From Lytechinus pictus (lineage: Eukaryota): a stretch of DNA of 64,000 nt. The stretch is from NCBI RefSeq assembly GCF_037042905.1, contig NC_087252.1:2482001-2546000 (forward strand), given 5' to 3'. The position numbers were made by a program, and so were the translations under genes. Shown one piece after another: positions 12,100-23,957 of the stretch. The notes beneath the pieces are model-generated. The model was not told where the DNA came from, did no database searches, and was given only the letters and a program-made list of their open reading frames with translations. Positions within the stretch are counted from its first letter, which is position 1; every line of letters starts with the position of its first letter.

Positions 12100-12900
12100 G
12101 AGTCATAAAGTGTATTCACAATGTGCTCACGTCTGCACAATCATAACATAGTGAACTGAAGGTGTGATACACCGCTGGAATTGTGGAGATGTTAAGCAGA
12201 GCGTTTCCATTGTTACAATGCTCAAATTTAAAAGGTTGAAGATAATTTCACAGTGGACACTTCTATAGCCATGACAGCAAGAATATTCACAGCGCGTTTA
12301 CATATGATAGTGGAATTTGTGAAGATAATGCTCAAATTTTACCTCCGCTGTGTGAGTTTTCAAGGTCTTTGGTTTTCACAGTGTCTCTCATAATGAACGA
12401 TGTGATTCACACTATCAAAATACTAAAGATTAACAAAGGGAAACTTCTGTAGTGTGGATTTACAGGGGTTTTGCCCTATTATAATTGATTGTCTAAAGAT
12501 GCGATTCACACCACAGTTAAACAGCTCAAATTAAACACTGTGAAGATAATTTCACACTATCTGTGTACACTTCAACAGCGGGGATATATTCAACATTGCG
12601 TTCACATATAGTAGAATTTGCAAAGATGGAGTGTCAAAGCTAACAGTGTGGTGATGATTTCACACTGTGGATACTACTGTAGTGCGCATTTACAAAGTGT
12701 GTCCATATAATGGACCGTGTGTGGAGCCTGGATTTAGTTTCACACTATGGAGACCTCAACACTGAGGGTGAAGTGTGTTCAAACAGTGACCTATGAGAAG
12801 ATGTATTTCACACTGTTAAAATACTCAAATTTGAACAGTGTGAAGGAGAATCTCACACTATGTTCCACTTCGTGAACACACCGTGCGACACTGTATTATT
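12100..12900. repeat. Degenerate tandem repeat region
   Basis: Recurring ctcaaattt...gtgaagataatttcacact motifs. Confidence 0.6.
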
Positions 12901-12957
12901 TCCCACATGGAAAAGATCGGGTTTCAATATTGGATGAGTGATTTTATCTTAACTTAC

Positions 12958-13015
12958 CACAAGCTGATGAAACCAGTAGCGAAAATAGGAAAAAAAATTT
13001 AACAATATTCGTCAT
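12958..13015 (-). CDS. Gene B exon 1: signal peptide of a 99-aa secreted poly-Ser/Thr proprotein
   Basis: ATG at 13015 encodes MTNIVKFFFLFSLLVSSAC plus G|GTAAGT, a perfect phase-1 donor. TATATAAA lies about 145 nt upstream. Confidence 0.8.
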
Positions 13016-13157
13016 TTTTTTATCGCTGAGTTCTTTGGATATGTACTCAATTATCAGAAACAATCGGCCCCAGTTGTAGTCTTCTTGGAAAACTTTTAAT
13101 CATGAAATTCAGCTTGCAAATAACATAATAGTGTTTACTCCAATGATGTGTGCTTCC

Positions 13158-13165
13158 TTTATATA
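13158..13165 (-). promoter_or_regulatory. Candidate TATA box of gene B
   Basis: TATATAAAGG on the minus strand, about 145 nt upstream of the gene B ATG. Confidence 0.5.
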
Positions 13166-14246
13166 TGAAATAAGGGGGAAATGTTTGAGAAGTAAAATTG
13201 GATTGAAATTTTCAGATAGGGTAATATACGACTTCAGAGGTTGAATAAACAAACTATTGCTCATTAACCTCAAAACAGGACATGTTCATGTGTTTCCTGA
13301 TCTGATTTGCAGTATGTATACTTTCCTTCCGGGGGGGGGCAAAACGCATAGAAATTTTTTGAAGAAACGTGATAAGAGAGAGCGAAGAGAGAAAGCGAAG
13401 CGACATAGATGGTTATTTGGGGCGCCATTGCATTTTCCACTGTACAATTAAATTTAAGATAATCGTGCACACTTTTTGTCAATTTTGTGAAAACTTTAGT
13501 AAAAATTTACATTTTGGGGAGGGGCAAATGCCCCCCCCCCCCCGCATCGCCCCCGATATCTAAGGCCATGTTACTCAATTTTAGATCGAGGGGCTAATTT
13601 CGAATAAATAACAATTTCCGGGCACTTTATTCTGAATTTTATTTCATCTGAGTATAAATATTTATTTCCAAATCGTTATAGAATTAATTTTAATTGCAAC
13701 TCGTTTCATCGATGTATTGCACTGTATCTTTCTTTCTTTTATTTTGTTATTGAATATTCAATCGGTTCATATATCGCATTACCCGCCCCTTCCCCCATAA
13801 AAGGAAAGAACATTACGAAAAAGTTAGAAAGACTTTCTCGTTTTAATCCCTTGAAAGATAATCGCTTAAAAACACTAACGTGTCTGTATACTGACACATA
13901 TCTGGCCTCATTTAACCAAGAGTTGAAACCTCAAACACGATCGACATATTTCTTCTTTATCCTTGCTTATTTGTACAATTAACCATAGATATTTTGCTTA
14001 ATCATTTGTCTGTTTGTTTATTCCTTCCGCCATGACAATCGGTCAGCCAATGATGATCAGGAAAATCTGGAGAACGGTTGATTGGCGCGTATAATGATAT
14101 CACCTTATTTGTTTGGGATAATTACGATCGTAAACAAACCTTCGTATTACGAATTTTCTTTGGAAGGGATCACTTTGTAAAAAAAAAGAGTTCGTAATGA
14201 AAATGCTCGACCATGGAGGTAGAACGGGACGGCATCGACTTCTTAA

Positions 14247-14848
14247 ATGTCAAGTCCTTCCCAGAAAAAAGTTGATATCAATAAATAGAGAAAAATCAAA
14301 CAAGAATAATGCTGAAAACTTCTTCAAAATCGGATGGAAAATAAGAAAGTTATGACATTAAATTTTGTCGCTTATTTTTCACAAAACAGGTTTTTCCTGA
14401 ACTCAGTGACATGCAAATGAGAGAGACGATGATGTCACTCACTCACTATTTATTTTGTTTTTTATTGTTTGAATTATACAATATTTCATTTTTTACAGAT
14501 TTGAAAATTATGACAATCTTTTTTGAACCACAAAATGTTAAAACAATAGAATTCCACATGTTCAGGGAGCAATGAAAAATTTTCCGCATGACAATGAGGA
14601 GAAAATTTAAATATATCATATTTCATATAATAAAATACAAAAAAAATAGTGAGTGGGTGATGTCATCGGTTCCCTCATTTGCATACTGTCCAGGATGTGC
14701 ATATAACTGTTTTATGAAATTTAGCAAAACTTTAAAATGTCATAACTTTCTTATTTCAGATCCAATTTTGATGAAATTTTCAGTGTTATCCTTGTTTGAT
14801 TTTTCTTCGTCTGTTCAAATCATCTTTTTGTTGGGGTGGACTTGTCCT
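14247..14848. mobile_element. Kolobok/T2-type MITE
   Basis: TTAA flanks and long imperfect TIRs. Homologous to 29013-29594. Confidence 0.85.
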
Positions 14849-15396
14849 TTAAAGAATAAGAAAATGTATTTCAAAATTACTTCGGCCTCCTAAAAAATGT
14901 TGACAGGGCTAAGTAATTTTAAAACACATTTTTTTAGTTTGGGGATACTAATATTACTTTCCCAAGAGGAATTAGAGCGCATCCCGCAAACTCCTATAGT
15001 TGACGAGGGGCCATTGATCAGAACAACCCAACCGTACTATTACTGAACGGCCTATGTTCGATGTCAAAAACTCAAAAGGAGAGGGCGCCATACTTTACCA
15101 GAATATGTGAAACATCAATCGGACTTATAACCGGTAACTAATCCTCAGCTATATGCAGTTTCTCCCAAAATATCAGCATTTTGATTGGAATACGGATAGT
15201 AAAAATTAACGGAAGAACATCATGATAATGTTTAAAACAACAAGATACTAATAATGGTAATTGTCACACTATTCATTCATTCATTCAAATATATTTCAAT
15301 TAATAGGTTAAAAATACATTTACAAACACCGTGATATACATGTATAAAGACACAAAAACAGAATTAATTCATAATTATCTGTTAATTCATAACAGA

Positions 15397-15626
15397 TAAT
15401 AATAATATAGGTATATTATTACCCCGGCTTTAGCTGGGCTGCCTAGGCGCTCAAATCATTCAAGGAATTTCTTCCTACCGGGTACCCATTCACCCCACCT
15501 GGGTTGAGTGCAGCACAGTGTGGATGAATTTCTTGCTGAAGGAAATTACGCCATGGCTGGGATTTGAACCCACGGCCCTCTGTTTCAAAGTCAGAAGACT
15601 AATCCACTGGGCCACAACACTCCACA
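15397..15626 (-). mobile_element. tRNA-derived SINE (same family)
   Basis: Reverse-complement match to 43606-43882 including A/B boxes and core. Confidence 0.88.
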
Positions 15627-16199
15627 ATGTGAAAATACATTTTAATACAGATGAATTATGATATGCCATCATGAATAGAATTTTTCAAAAAATCCGATCT
15701 ATATTAATTTTCGTTCGGTAAGTGCTTTCGTGAAACCGGGCCCCGGCAACATAAATCTGAATCAGAAGCCGCAAATCTGTCAGATCGATTTCCAGTCGTG
15801 GATCGGTCAATAAGCGCAAACTCGTGATCGGCATATCGAACTGAAATAAACTTTTCACAACAAATCTCTACAGCATCCGTTTCTCGCTTATCGGTTTATC
15901 ATCATAAAATGGTTTTTGCCTTGAAAATTCAACAGATGCTGTATATTTTAAGAAAATAACATGGGTTACTGAGTGTTTTGAGATGTCATTTTCATTACAT
16001 TAATGAAATAAAACATATTCATCCCGCAGTTGTTCGAGTAAAACCAGAAAGAAAATGTATTGATTACGGGCGTTTCTTCAAGCATTGCAAGATGTAGGCA
16101 GTATTACCTTATTTCGCAAAAGTTTTGACAAGGTTGAGAAAGTTTCTCAAAATGTTCTTTTGAGTACTTGCTGACTTCATCGGAGATTGCCATTTCATC

Positions 16200-16258
16200 A
16201 TAATCCACGAGCAAAATAATCAAGGATGTGTAAATAGGACTAGACTAACTATCAAAAG
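16200..16258 (+). other. Possible non-coding 5' exon of gene C (5' boundary unknown)
   Basis: Strong donor AAG|GTAAGA at 16258/16259. The gene C ATG is directly preceded by an acceptor, which implies an upstream UTR exon. Confidence 0.35.
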
Positions 16259-17707
16259 GTAAGAAATTACAAAATGTGTTTGATCTCATTATTCAATATT
16301 TGTATGGTGGTTAGCTGTTTAGTCTCAGTATTTTTTAAATATTTACTTTATGTAGGTTTATGCATTGTAAAGCATTGAACATGCATGTTAAATCGGAGAA
16401 TAAAGGCCTATATATATATACATGCTTATAACATTGGGGAAAATATTGCAGTTAATTATTTCATTTGGCTATAGGCAAGGGTTTTAATAATTTTCCATTT
16501 CTAATCATCTGTCTGTTGTTATGTTGTGTTTCACTTGTTAATTCGACAGATTTAATTTCTGATGTAAAGTGATGACAAAGCTTGAATTAGCTTCTCAAAT
16601 ATCACTACGATTTTTGTGCACGTAATCATATGATGACAGTGGTTACTTCATAATTCATAAATATACCACAAATCTCGCAAATCATTTTGATTACTGGTTC
16701 TAGCTAAACCTAACCAAAAGTAGGCCCGCAAATAACCGAAATGAATTAATAAAATTTATGGAATGCAATGCAGTAAAGGTTCGATTCTATTGTTGAAAGA
16801 TATATATATATATTTCTGGTTCACTCTGTTCCACTCTCATTTCTAATTTCCCTCACACCCCCCCCCCCCCCCCCTTTTCTCTCTCCAACAATCCCGCCAT
16901 CCATCTACCTGTTTTATCAGTTTATGTCCAAAGAGCTCTTTAATTTATTTGCTGTCTTCTGTCATTTTCTCGAACTGGTTATCTTTTATTTACTTTTTAA
17001 AAAGCGAATTCAGTAGCTGTTTTAATTGTTATTCTCTCCATTTTCTCTCTGATTTGATTTGATTTCATTCTTTTCATTATTTTGTTCCTTTATCCTATAG
17101 CTCTTCTTTTCCTTCTACTCCCCTCCTCGCATTTCATTTGAAAACTTTTTAACCGTATTATAATTTCCCCATGTGTTGTTATGATTATTCAAATGTCAAA
17201 GTTTGGTTCTATTCAATTCATTTATTTATTCAACCATCAAAAGGATAAAAACAGTACAATATACCTTATTAACAAAGTATCATAAAAACAACAACAACAA
17301 CAAATAAATGGTTCGGAGACCCCGGAGAAGCGATGGTTATAAAAGGGGTCACCACAATACATTAATGCATTACAAATAACAAGTGTGAAGAAAAGTACAA
17401 TTCAGATTATTGAAAACAATTTGGTCGTGACTTTATGCAAATAAGTGAAATAATAAATAAAGGAAACATTATTTCATAGTGATCTATTTCCAGATAACCT
17501 ACTTGCATTTTTGTACCCTAGTCCTTTTTTGGAAAAGCTTCTTTAGAAAGCGATATTTAGATGTAAAGATAATTTAATATTAAGAAGGAGATACTGATAT
17601 AGAACATTTAATTTTTTTGAAAAGTAAATGTTATGCCTTTGAAAAAAATTCCCCCATGACTTATTGATTATGATCTCTATTTTGTCAGAGTTTCCTATTT
17701 TCCATAG

Positions 17708-17777
17708 ATGAACCTTGGATATATGATCTTCATCTTACTGCATTTATCATCTCTGTTACATAATGAATCAGCAGATG
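17708..17777 (+). CDS. Gene C first coding exon: signal peptide of a 359-aa mucin-like proprotein
   Basis: ttttccatAG|ATG encodes MNLGYMIFILLHLSSLLHNESAD plus G|GTAAGT, a phase-1 donor. Joined to 20301 it gives ...SADA-HPAKRR, an A-x-A type cleavage site. Confidence 0.75.
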
Positions 17778-17879
17778 GTAAGTTTCCTCTTCCCATTTTT
17801 TTTTTCATTTCCCTTTTCCTCCGTTTCCTATTCACTTTATTTTCCTTTATTCCTCCCTCCTCTTAGTCATCATTCTTTT

Positions 17880-18064
17880 CTTCTTCTTCTTCTTCTCCTT
17901 CTTCTTCTTCTTCTTCTTCTCCTCCTCCTTCTTCTTCTTCTTTTTCTTCTCCTCCTTCTTCTTCTTCTTCTTCTCCTTCTTCTTCTTCTTCTCCTCCTTC
18001 TTCTTCTTCTTCTTCTTTTTCTTCTTTTTCTTCATCTCCTTCTTCTTCTTCTTCTTCTCCTTCT
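17880..18064. repeat. (TTC/CTC)n microsatellite
   Basis: Direct reading; lies in the gene C intron. Confidence 0.95.
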
Positions 18065-19227
18065 TTTTCGACCTCTTTCCTTTAATTCGAAAACTATTTT
18101 TTCATTTTCATTTTATAGTTATTTAATTGTTTAACGTTTTTGCCATTGTGCAATTTCACTCATATATGACAGTTATTAGTTTGTTTGTTTTTTCTTCAGT
18201 TTAAACATAAAGATAAGTAATAAAGGCAGGAAAATTTTTACCAAAGTTCTTTACGAAACATGTGTTTCACTGAAAACTAATGGTATATTCTTAAATTGGG
18301 GATTTCTTACTCTTACTTTTTTGTTATAAAATATTTTAGATATATAAACCTCTCATCAATATTACTAATTAATCTTTGATTAATTGCGAAATCATTGTGA
18401 AACGTGTCAAGTATATACAGTACAAATTTGCATCGTTATAGCCTTGACCATGTTTACACTCAAACTAACAAATATCGGCTCTAATGAATTTATTCAATTT
18501 GGCCAACATTGAATGCAATCTAAAAAAATCCAGAAAAAAAAACAAGATCAGTGCCTCACGATGTGACCTTCGCGAATGAGGAGTCAATGTTCATCTCCAT
18601 GAGCCTCCCCATAATCCTATGCTAATTAGCTTCCGTTTAGCCGCTCTTACTTTAGTCTAAATCCTAGAATTTTTTTTAAAGTTCTCGAATGTTTTAGTTG
18701 CCATAAAATTTGCTTGACTTTAAATAATGGAAAATAAAACTGGCACAATGGTGTAAATTACATCGAAATCGGATATAAACAAGACGAACGTTCTTTTTTT
18801 TTCTTATATTCCCACATTTTGTGATTCTTTTAATTATACAATTTTGTATAAGTTATGCAAATGCTGAACTTGTGATTAAACTATATTGACTTTAATTTAT
18901 TTTGCGAAATAAGATCATACAGAGTATTATGAAATACCTGGTCATAATGAAAATTAAAGGAAAAAAAAAAACAGACTGACGACTTTTCTTTAAAAAACAA
19001 AGCTTTTACGCTGAAGTAAATTTTGTTTTCTCATTCACTATAGAGAGCTTGATGTTAGATAAAGTTATTTTTGCTATCAGACTTAAAACTGATCTTTATT
19101 AATTTTTTTCATCTTATATGTAATGGTTTGCAATAATGAACTAAAAAAACAAAGCAAAACTGTTAATGGTTTTATAATTTCTCGTCCCACAATCGTTCAA
19201 AAGATAAAATCGTTGGGCTGTGGACAC

Positions 19228-19248
19228 TAGCGTACCTACGGTTGAAGA

Positions 19249-19299
<51 letters not shown>

Positions 19300-19329
19300 T
19301 GACGAAAATCTTTATTTTGTATTGATGAC

Positions 19330-19375
<46 letters not shown>

Positions 19376-19421
19376 TGTCAAATTTTTTCTGGTACGAAAA
19401 TCTTTATTTTGTATTGATGAC

Positions 19422-19461
<40 letters not shown>

Positions 19462-19521
19462 TGTCAAATTTTTGGGCGGCCAATTTTGCCCCCCCTGTGA
19501 AAAATCCTAGGTACGCCACTG
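19228..19521 (-). repeat. MITE-like element with poly-T minisatellite units
   Basis: Three (T)n-gcttg units, terminus cctaggtacgccactg. Related to 30477-30725 and 45927-46042. Confidence 0.65.
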
Positions 19522-20300
19522 GCTGTGGAGTGTTTCATGCAGCATATTCAAAAGTGATTTTCACTGATATTTTTACCCTAAACCAATCAGATGCCAGGAT
19601 TTCAGAAGCTTATAAAAAAAGAGTAAATTAAAGTCACCAACTATATGTTTCATGAAAAGTCTCCTCGCCTGAGTATTTGTTTGTAAGCCAAAACCACAAA
19701 ATTAGATTTGGGGAAGCTGATCTGAGGGGCGAAACGGTACGGGGCCGCTAGAACTAAAAATAAACGTTGGCCAAAATCTTGAACATTTTCTAACGTGCTG
19801 GCTCACGCGGGCAAAATTGATTAACATCCCTTGCAAATGAAATTATTGTCTATTCATCAATCATCTTGAGCCATGCTTTAAAACAATTATTCCGAGCCGT
19901 ATGTTATCATGTGTGTTAAAGGAATTCATGAATGCTAATAAGTACCTAGAATAATATAAGCTTTTAAGCTTATTTCTTCCAATTAATTTTATTTTCTTCA
20001 GTTCTTGCCTTGCCTTGTCTTTTTGTTGTTGACTAATCATAATTTCCATTTTGAGCAGACTTTAACAATGATGAAATCGGGAGAGGAAGTATAACAAGAC
20101 AGAAATAGACAAAAAACATATCTTGATAAGTATACAGTACTAATAACCTTTGTTGAATTTCTTATTTGTAAGGGATGTTTGCGTTGCATGTGTTTTGTTT
20201 TGTTTTGTTTTGCTTTGCTTTGCTTTATCGGAATCAACTCAACATCAGGGTGGGACTTTTCTTTTTTAATTTCTGTATTTCATTTGTTTATTTTTCATAG

Positions 20301-21310
20301 CTCATCCAGCTAAACGCAGGATCGGACCTCTCTTCTCTGACTTGGGCCTCATCGGTGGAAGGAGATATCAGAAAAGATCAGGAAGCAAGAGTGGAAGCAG
20401 CAGCGGTGGAAGCAACAGTGGTAGCAGAAGTGGTAGCAACAGTCGTATCAGGAGTGGTAGCAGAAGTGAGAGCAATGATTCATCCGACGAGCGTTTCAGA
20501 AAGAAGTATCCCTCAGCAACCCTTCCTACCATAACAGTGACAACACTTCCCAGAACCATGCCACCAAGATTCACAACAGCTCGCACGGCAGCTACAACGA
20601 CTACACCGCCACCACCAACGACACCACCAGGAACGACTGTGACAACCTCTATGACGCCTACAGTTCGAGTAGAAACTACGGAGCTTACCACTTCAAACAA
20701 TCCAATCACGCCAGCCACTCCTACGACGCCGACAGCAACTACAACTCCTATCACATCCAGATCTCCAACCACACCTACCACTTCCACTACAACCAACACC
20801 CCAACGATAATTACAACACCTACAAAGCCTACAATCCCCACCACTCCTACAACTCCTACCATCCAAACGACTCCCAGGACACCCACGACACCAATCACTC
20901 CTACAACGCCTTCGACACCAACAACACTAACTACCCCCACGACTCCTACAACAACAATAACAACGACGCCAACTACTCCTACAAAACCTACTACTACGAC
21001 GACACCTACCACTCCTACGACACCAACTACCCCTACGACACCTACGACTCCTACGACATCAACTACCCCTACAACAACCACAACATCGACGACACCTACG
21101 ACTCCTACGACACCAACTAACCCTACGACTCCTACAACAACAACGACGCCAACTACTACTACATCACCTACTACTACGACGACACCTACGACTCCTACGA
21201 CACAAACAACCCCAACCACCCCTACAACACCTACGACTCCTACCACACCTACCACTCCACCAAGTACTACCAGGTGTATACGTCGAGGAGATATTTGCCC
21301 AGGAGAGTGA
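20301..21310 (+). CDS. Gene C terminal exon: Ser/Gly-rich block plus mucin-like (PTT)n Thr/Pro domain
   Basis: Acceptor ttatttttcatAG|CT, phase 1. Reads HPAKRRIGPLFSDLGLIGGRRYQKR-SGSKSGSSSGG...SESNDSSDE-RFRKK...(PTT)n...RCIRRGDICPGE*. The frame is open for 1 kb and synonymous codons vary within the repeats. Confidence 0.85.
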
Positions 21311-22087
21311 AGTTATATACTAAATGGGGGGGGGGGTAATTGAAGAAAAATGAAGAAACACACTGAAAAGTTTAATCTCATAAAGAACAAAGGAATATGT
21401 GACCAAATGCCGGAAGGGATATGATTTCAGCTTTTCAAGGCTCGGAAACTATTTTTCATTATCCGAGCAACACACTGCTTCTATTGGAGCTAAGTGCATG
21501 TAGGAACTTTGCATGCGTAGCATTGTTAAACAGAGCTCATAGACTAATTGGACCTAAATTGGCCAAATTTATTGCCGCTGTAATATTGTGAGCTGTACGC
21601 CTGCTCAAACTCCCTCGTGCGAATTGTTAGACAAACCTGATCGAGAAAGGTTACCAAAGTTTTTGTTTATATTTATGAACTTTTTGAGCTTTCGTCAATC
21701 ACCTGGAATTTATTTCTAAAATATATATATTGCAGATATCATATAGAAGCAGAATTTCATGAACACAATTATTCACAATTGAAAAAGACAATCGCCGAAG
21801 TAAAAGACGTTCTATTGTAAACTGCCCGCCCTTGTGCTTTGCCCCCCCCCTTTTTTTTTTTACACTTTAAGCAGCTGAAGTAATATCCTGTTGAATGCAT
21901 GTATGACTTTCTGATATATTTGGGGAGTAATATTGAATTAATAATAAATATGTGAATATTAAAATATACATATTTATTATTGTTTTAGCTCATTGGTATG
22001 TCTGTTTGTGTACGTGCGTGAATGTTAGTAGAATAATTGTGTATGTGAAATTTAAATCGTATTTATTTCTTGACAAGCTATAACCTT

Positions 22088-22245
22088 GGCAAAAAGAAGC
22101 TGCTGAAAACTGCTTATCTAATAAAAGAGAGCCAATGGAGTAAATTAGAAAGTCAAAGGGGGCCTAAGCTTTCGATCCTAGGAGAATCTTTGCCTCCGAC
22201 GAAGATTCTGCTAGGATCGAAAGCTTAGGCCCTTTTTGACTTTCT
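22088..22245 (+). mobile_element. Penelope-like remnant with inverted repeat and hammerhead-like motif
   Basis: 46-bp arms at 22145-22190 and 22202-22247. Motif gcct-CCGACGA-agattct/gct/aggatc-GAAA-gctt-aggc. 13-bp direct repeat AAGCTATAACCTT (22075-22087, 22246-22258). Confidence 0.65.
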
Positions 22246-22692
22246 AAGCTATAACCTTCATTACAATTAAGCCTATAGATTATATGTCATTTGGCTTCTG
22301 TCACACAAATGAGAAAATAACAAGCGTAACAATCTTTTAATATCAAGCAAACTGTTTGTTGATATTGTCTTCATATAACGCTGAATAAAAAAATAGTAGT
22401 TTGCATTTTGCAAAGCATGTTGATATTATTATTATTATTATTTTCATTTAACACTGAAAAAAAAATATACATATTTATGTTTGTTGATCAACGCTAAATT
22501 AAAAATAAAAAGCGATGAATCATAATTTCTTACATCGTTTTTTAATTGTCTTTCAACTGTGGGAATTCGTTTCTTATTCATTTTTTTAACAAGCGTATAA
22601 GCGTTAGGATTGAATAGAGTGTGGATAGTTGAGCTCTTAGTAATACGGATCTATGAGGGGATAGAGAGAAGAGGAGGCAGAGAGATAGAGGG

Positions 22693-22776
22693 AGATAGAA
22701 AATAGATAAATAGGTAGGTAGATAGATGGATAGATAGATGGATGGATAGATAATGATAGACAGATAAATAGATAGG

Positions 22777-22807
<31 letters not shown>

Positions 22808-22840
22808 GTAGATAGGTAGATAGATAGATAGATAGATGGA
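22693..22840. repeat. (GATA)n-type microsatellite
   Basis: Direct reading. Confidence 0.9.
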
Positions 22841-23777
22841 GATGATAGGAGAAAAGTGAATACGTGGAAGAAGGAAGAGTGTGAAAGAAAGGAAATCATG
22901 TAAAATTAGAGAAAGCGATTTACGAGGAAGAAATGGAAATAGAAGGACATGGGAGAATTTAACAAATAATAAGAAAATTTGAGAAAGAATGGAAAAAGGG
23001 AGTGAGAGAAAAATATCAGAAAGAAAGTAATGAAAGTGAAATGAAATTAATAAACCCCAGAAAATAGATGAGAAACAGAGTGAGGGTGATTCAAGGTGTT
23101 GATTGAAACTAGGGGCTTTGTTTTTCAATTGACTTTCGGTGTGTAACAGAGCGCAAGGTTGCATTAACTCTTATGAAAACCACAGGACGAGAAATGGAAA
23201 ACAAATTATAAATTTTGAAAAATAACTGTCTGTTTTTTATTACTCGTCCAGGGAACATCTCATGAAATGCAGTGGCGGGTCAAAGCAAGATTTCATAAAT
23301 GGGCGGGGGTGGGCACTGAAACTGAATCCATTGTTTAGCACTTTTTCCAAGCAGAAAGGGGGGTAACGAACAAACTGTCGAGCCAAGAAGTTGTTGGGCC
23401 TATGAATAAATGCTAAAACATAATTTTCCACACCAAAAAAATCTAACCTATCAAACAAACGTCTTTACTCAACGATTGCATACAACTTTGGGCATTGGGA
23501 TCCGTCCATGATAAAACATGTCTATTGGTGAATGTTTTGTTATCTAAGGATTATAATACCACCACCGGTACCTCCTTATTCCACCCAGGTTTTGTTTACA
23601 AGTATTTTAGGGATTTCCCCTCATTTCCTTTGATTTGGCGATAGAGGGCAGTTTACCGAAACGGGGAAAAAATAAGACCGACCACAACATTCACATGATC
23701 CGAGCGAGCAGCTGTTGCAAGTTTGTTGTAAAAAGCAAACTCAAAACAGACATTGTAAACTCAATCACAAAGCGGAG

Positions 23778-23957
23778 ATGAGTCCGAAGATGGGAATTCT
23801 CAGAATCTTCATATATTTGGGCATCATTTTGAATGTAGGTCCTCTGTTTTCCAGTGCCGAGAGCCCGGGAATCGAGGCGGTTTTCAACAAAACTTACTCG
23901 GGAAAGGTCTCGGAAGGGAACGATATGCTGTACAAATTCACCCACAACACGTCCGTG
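23778..23957 (+). CDS. SIDT1: SIDT exon 1 (signal peptide and start of ectodomain)
   Basis: [66 protein letters not shown], phase 0. Confidence 0.85.

Noticed and set aside
17763..18134. Poly-Leu and poly-Lys ORFs
   Set aside because: (TTC)n microsatellite in an intron.
20368..21255. 295-aa Val/Gly minus-strand ORF
   Set aside because: Antisense shadow of the PTT mucin repeat.
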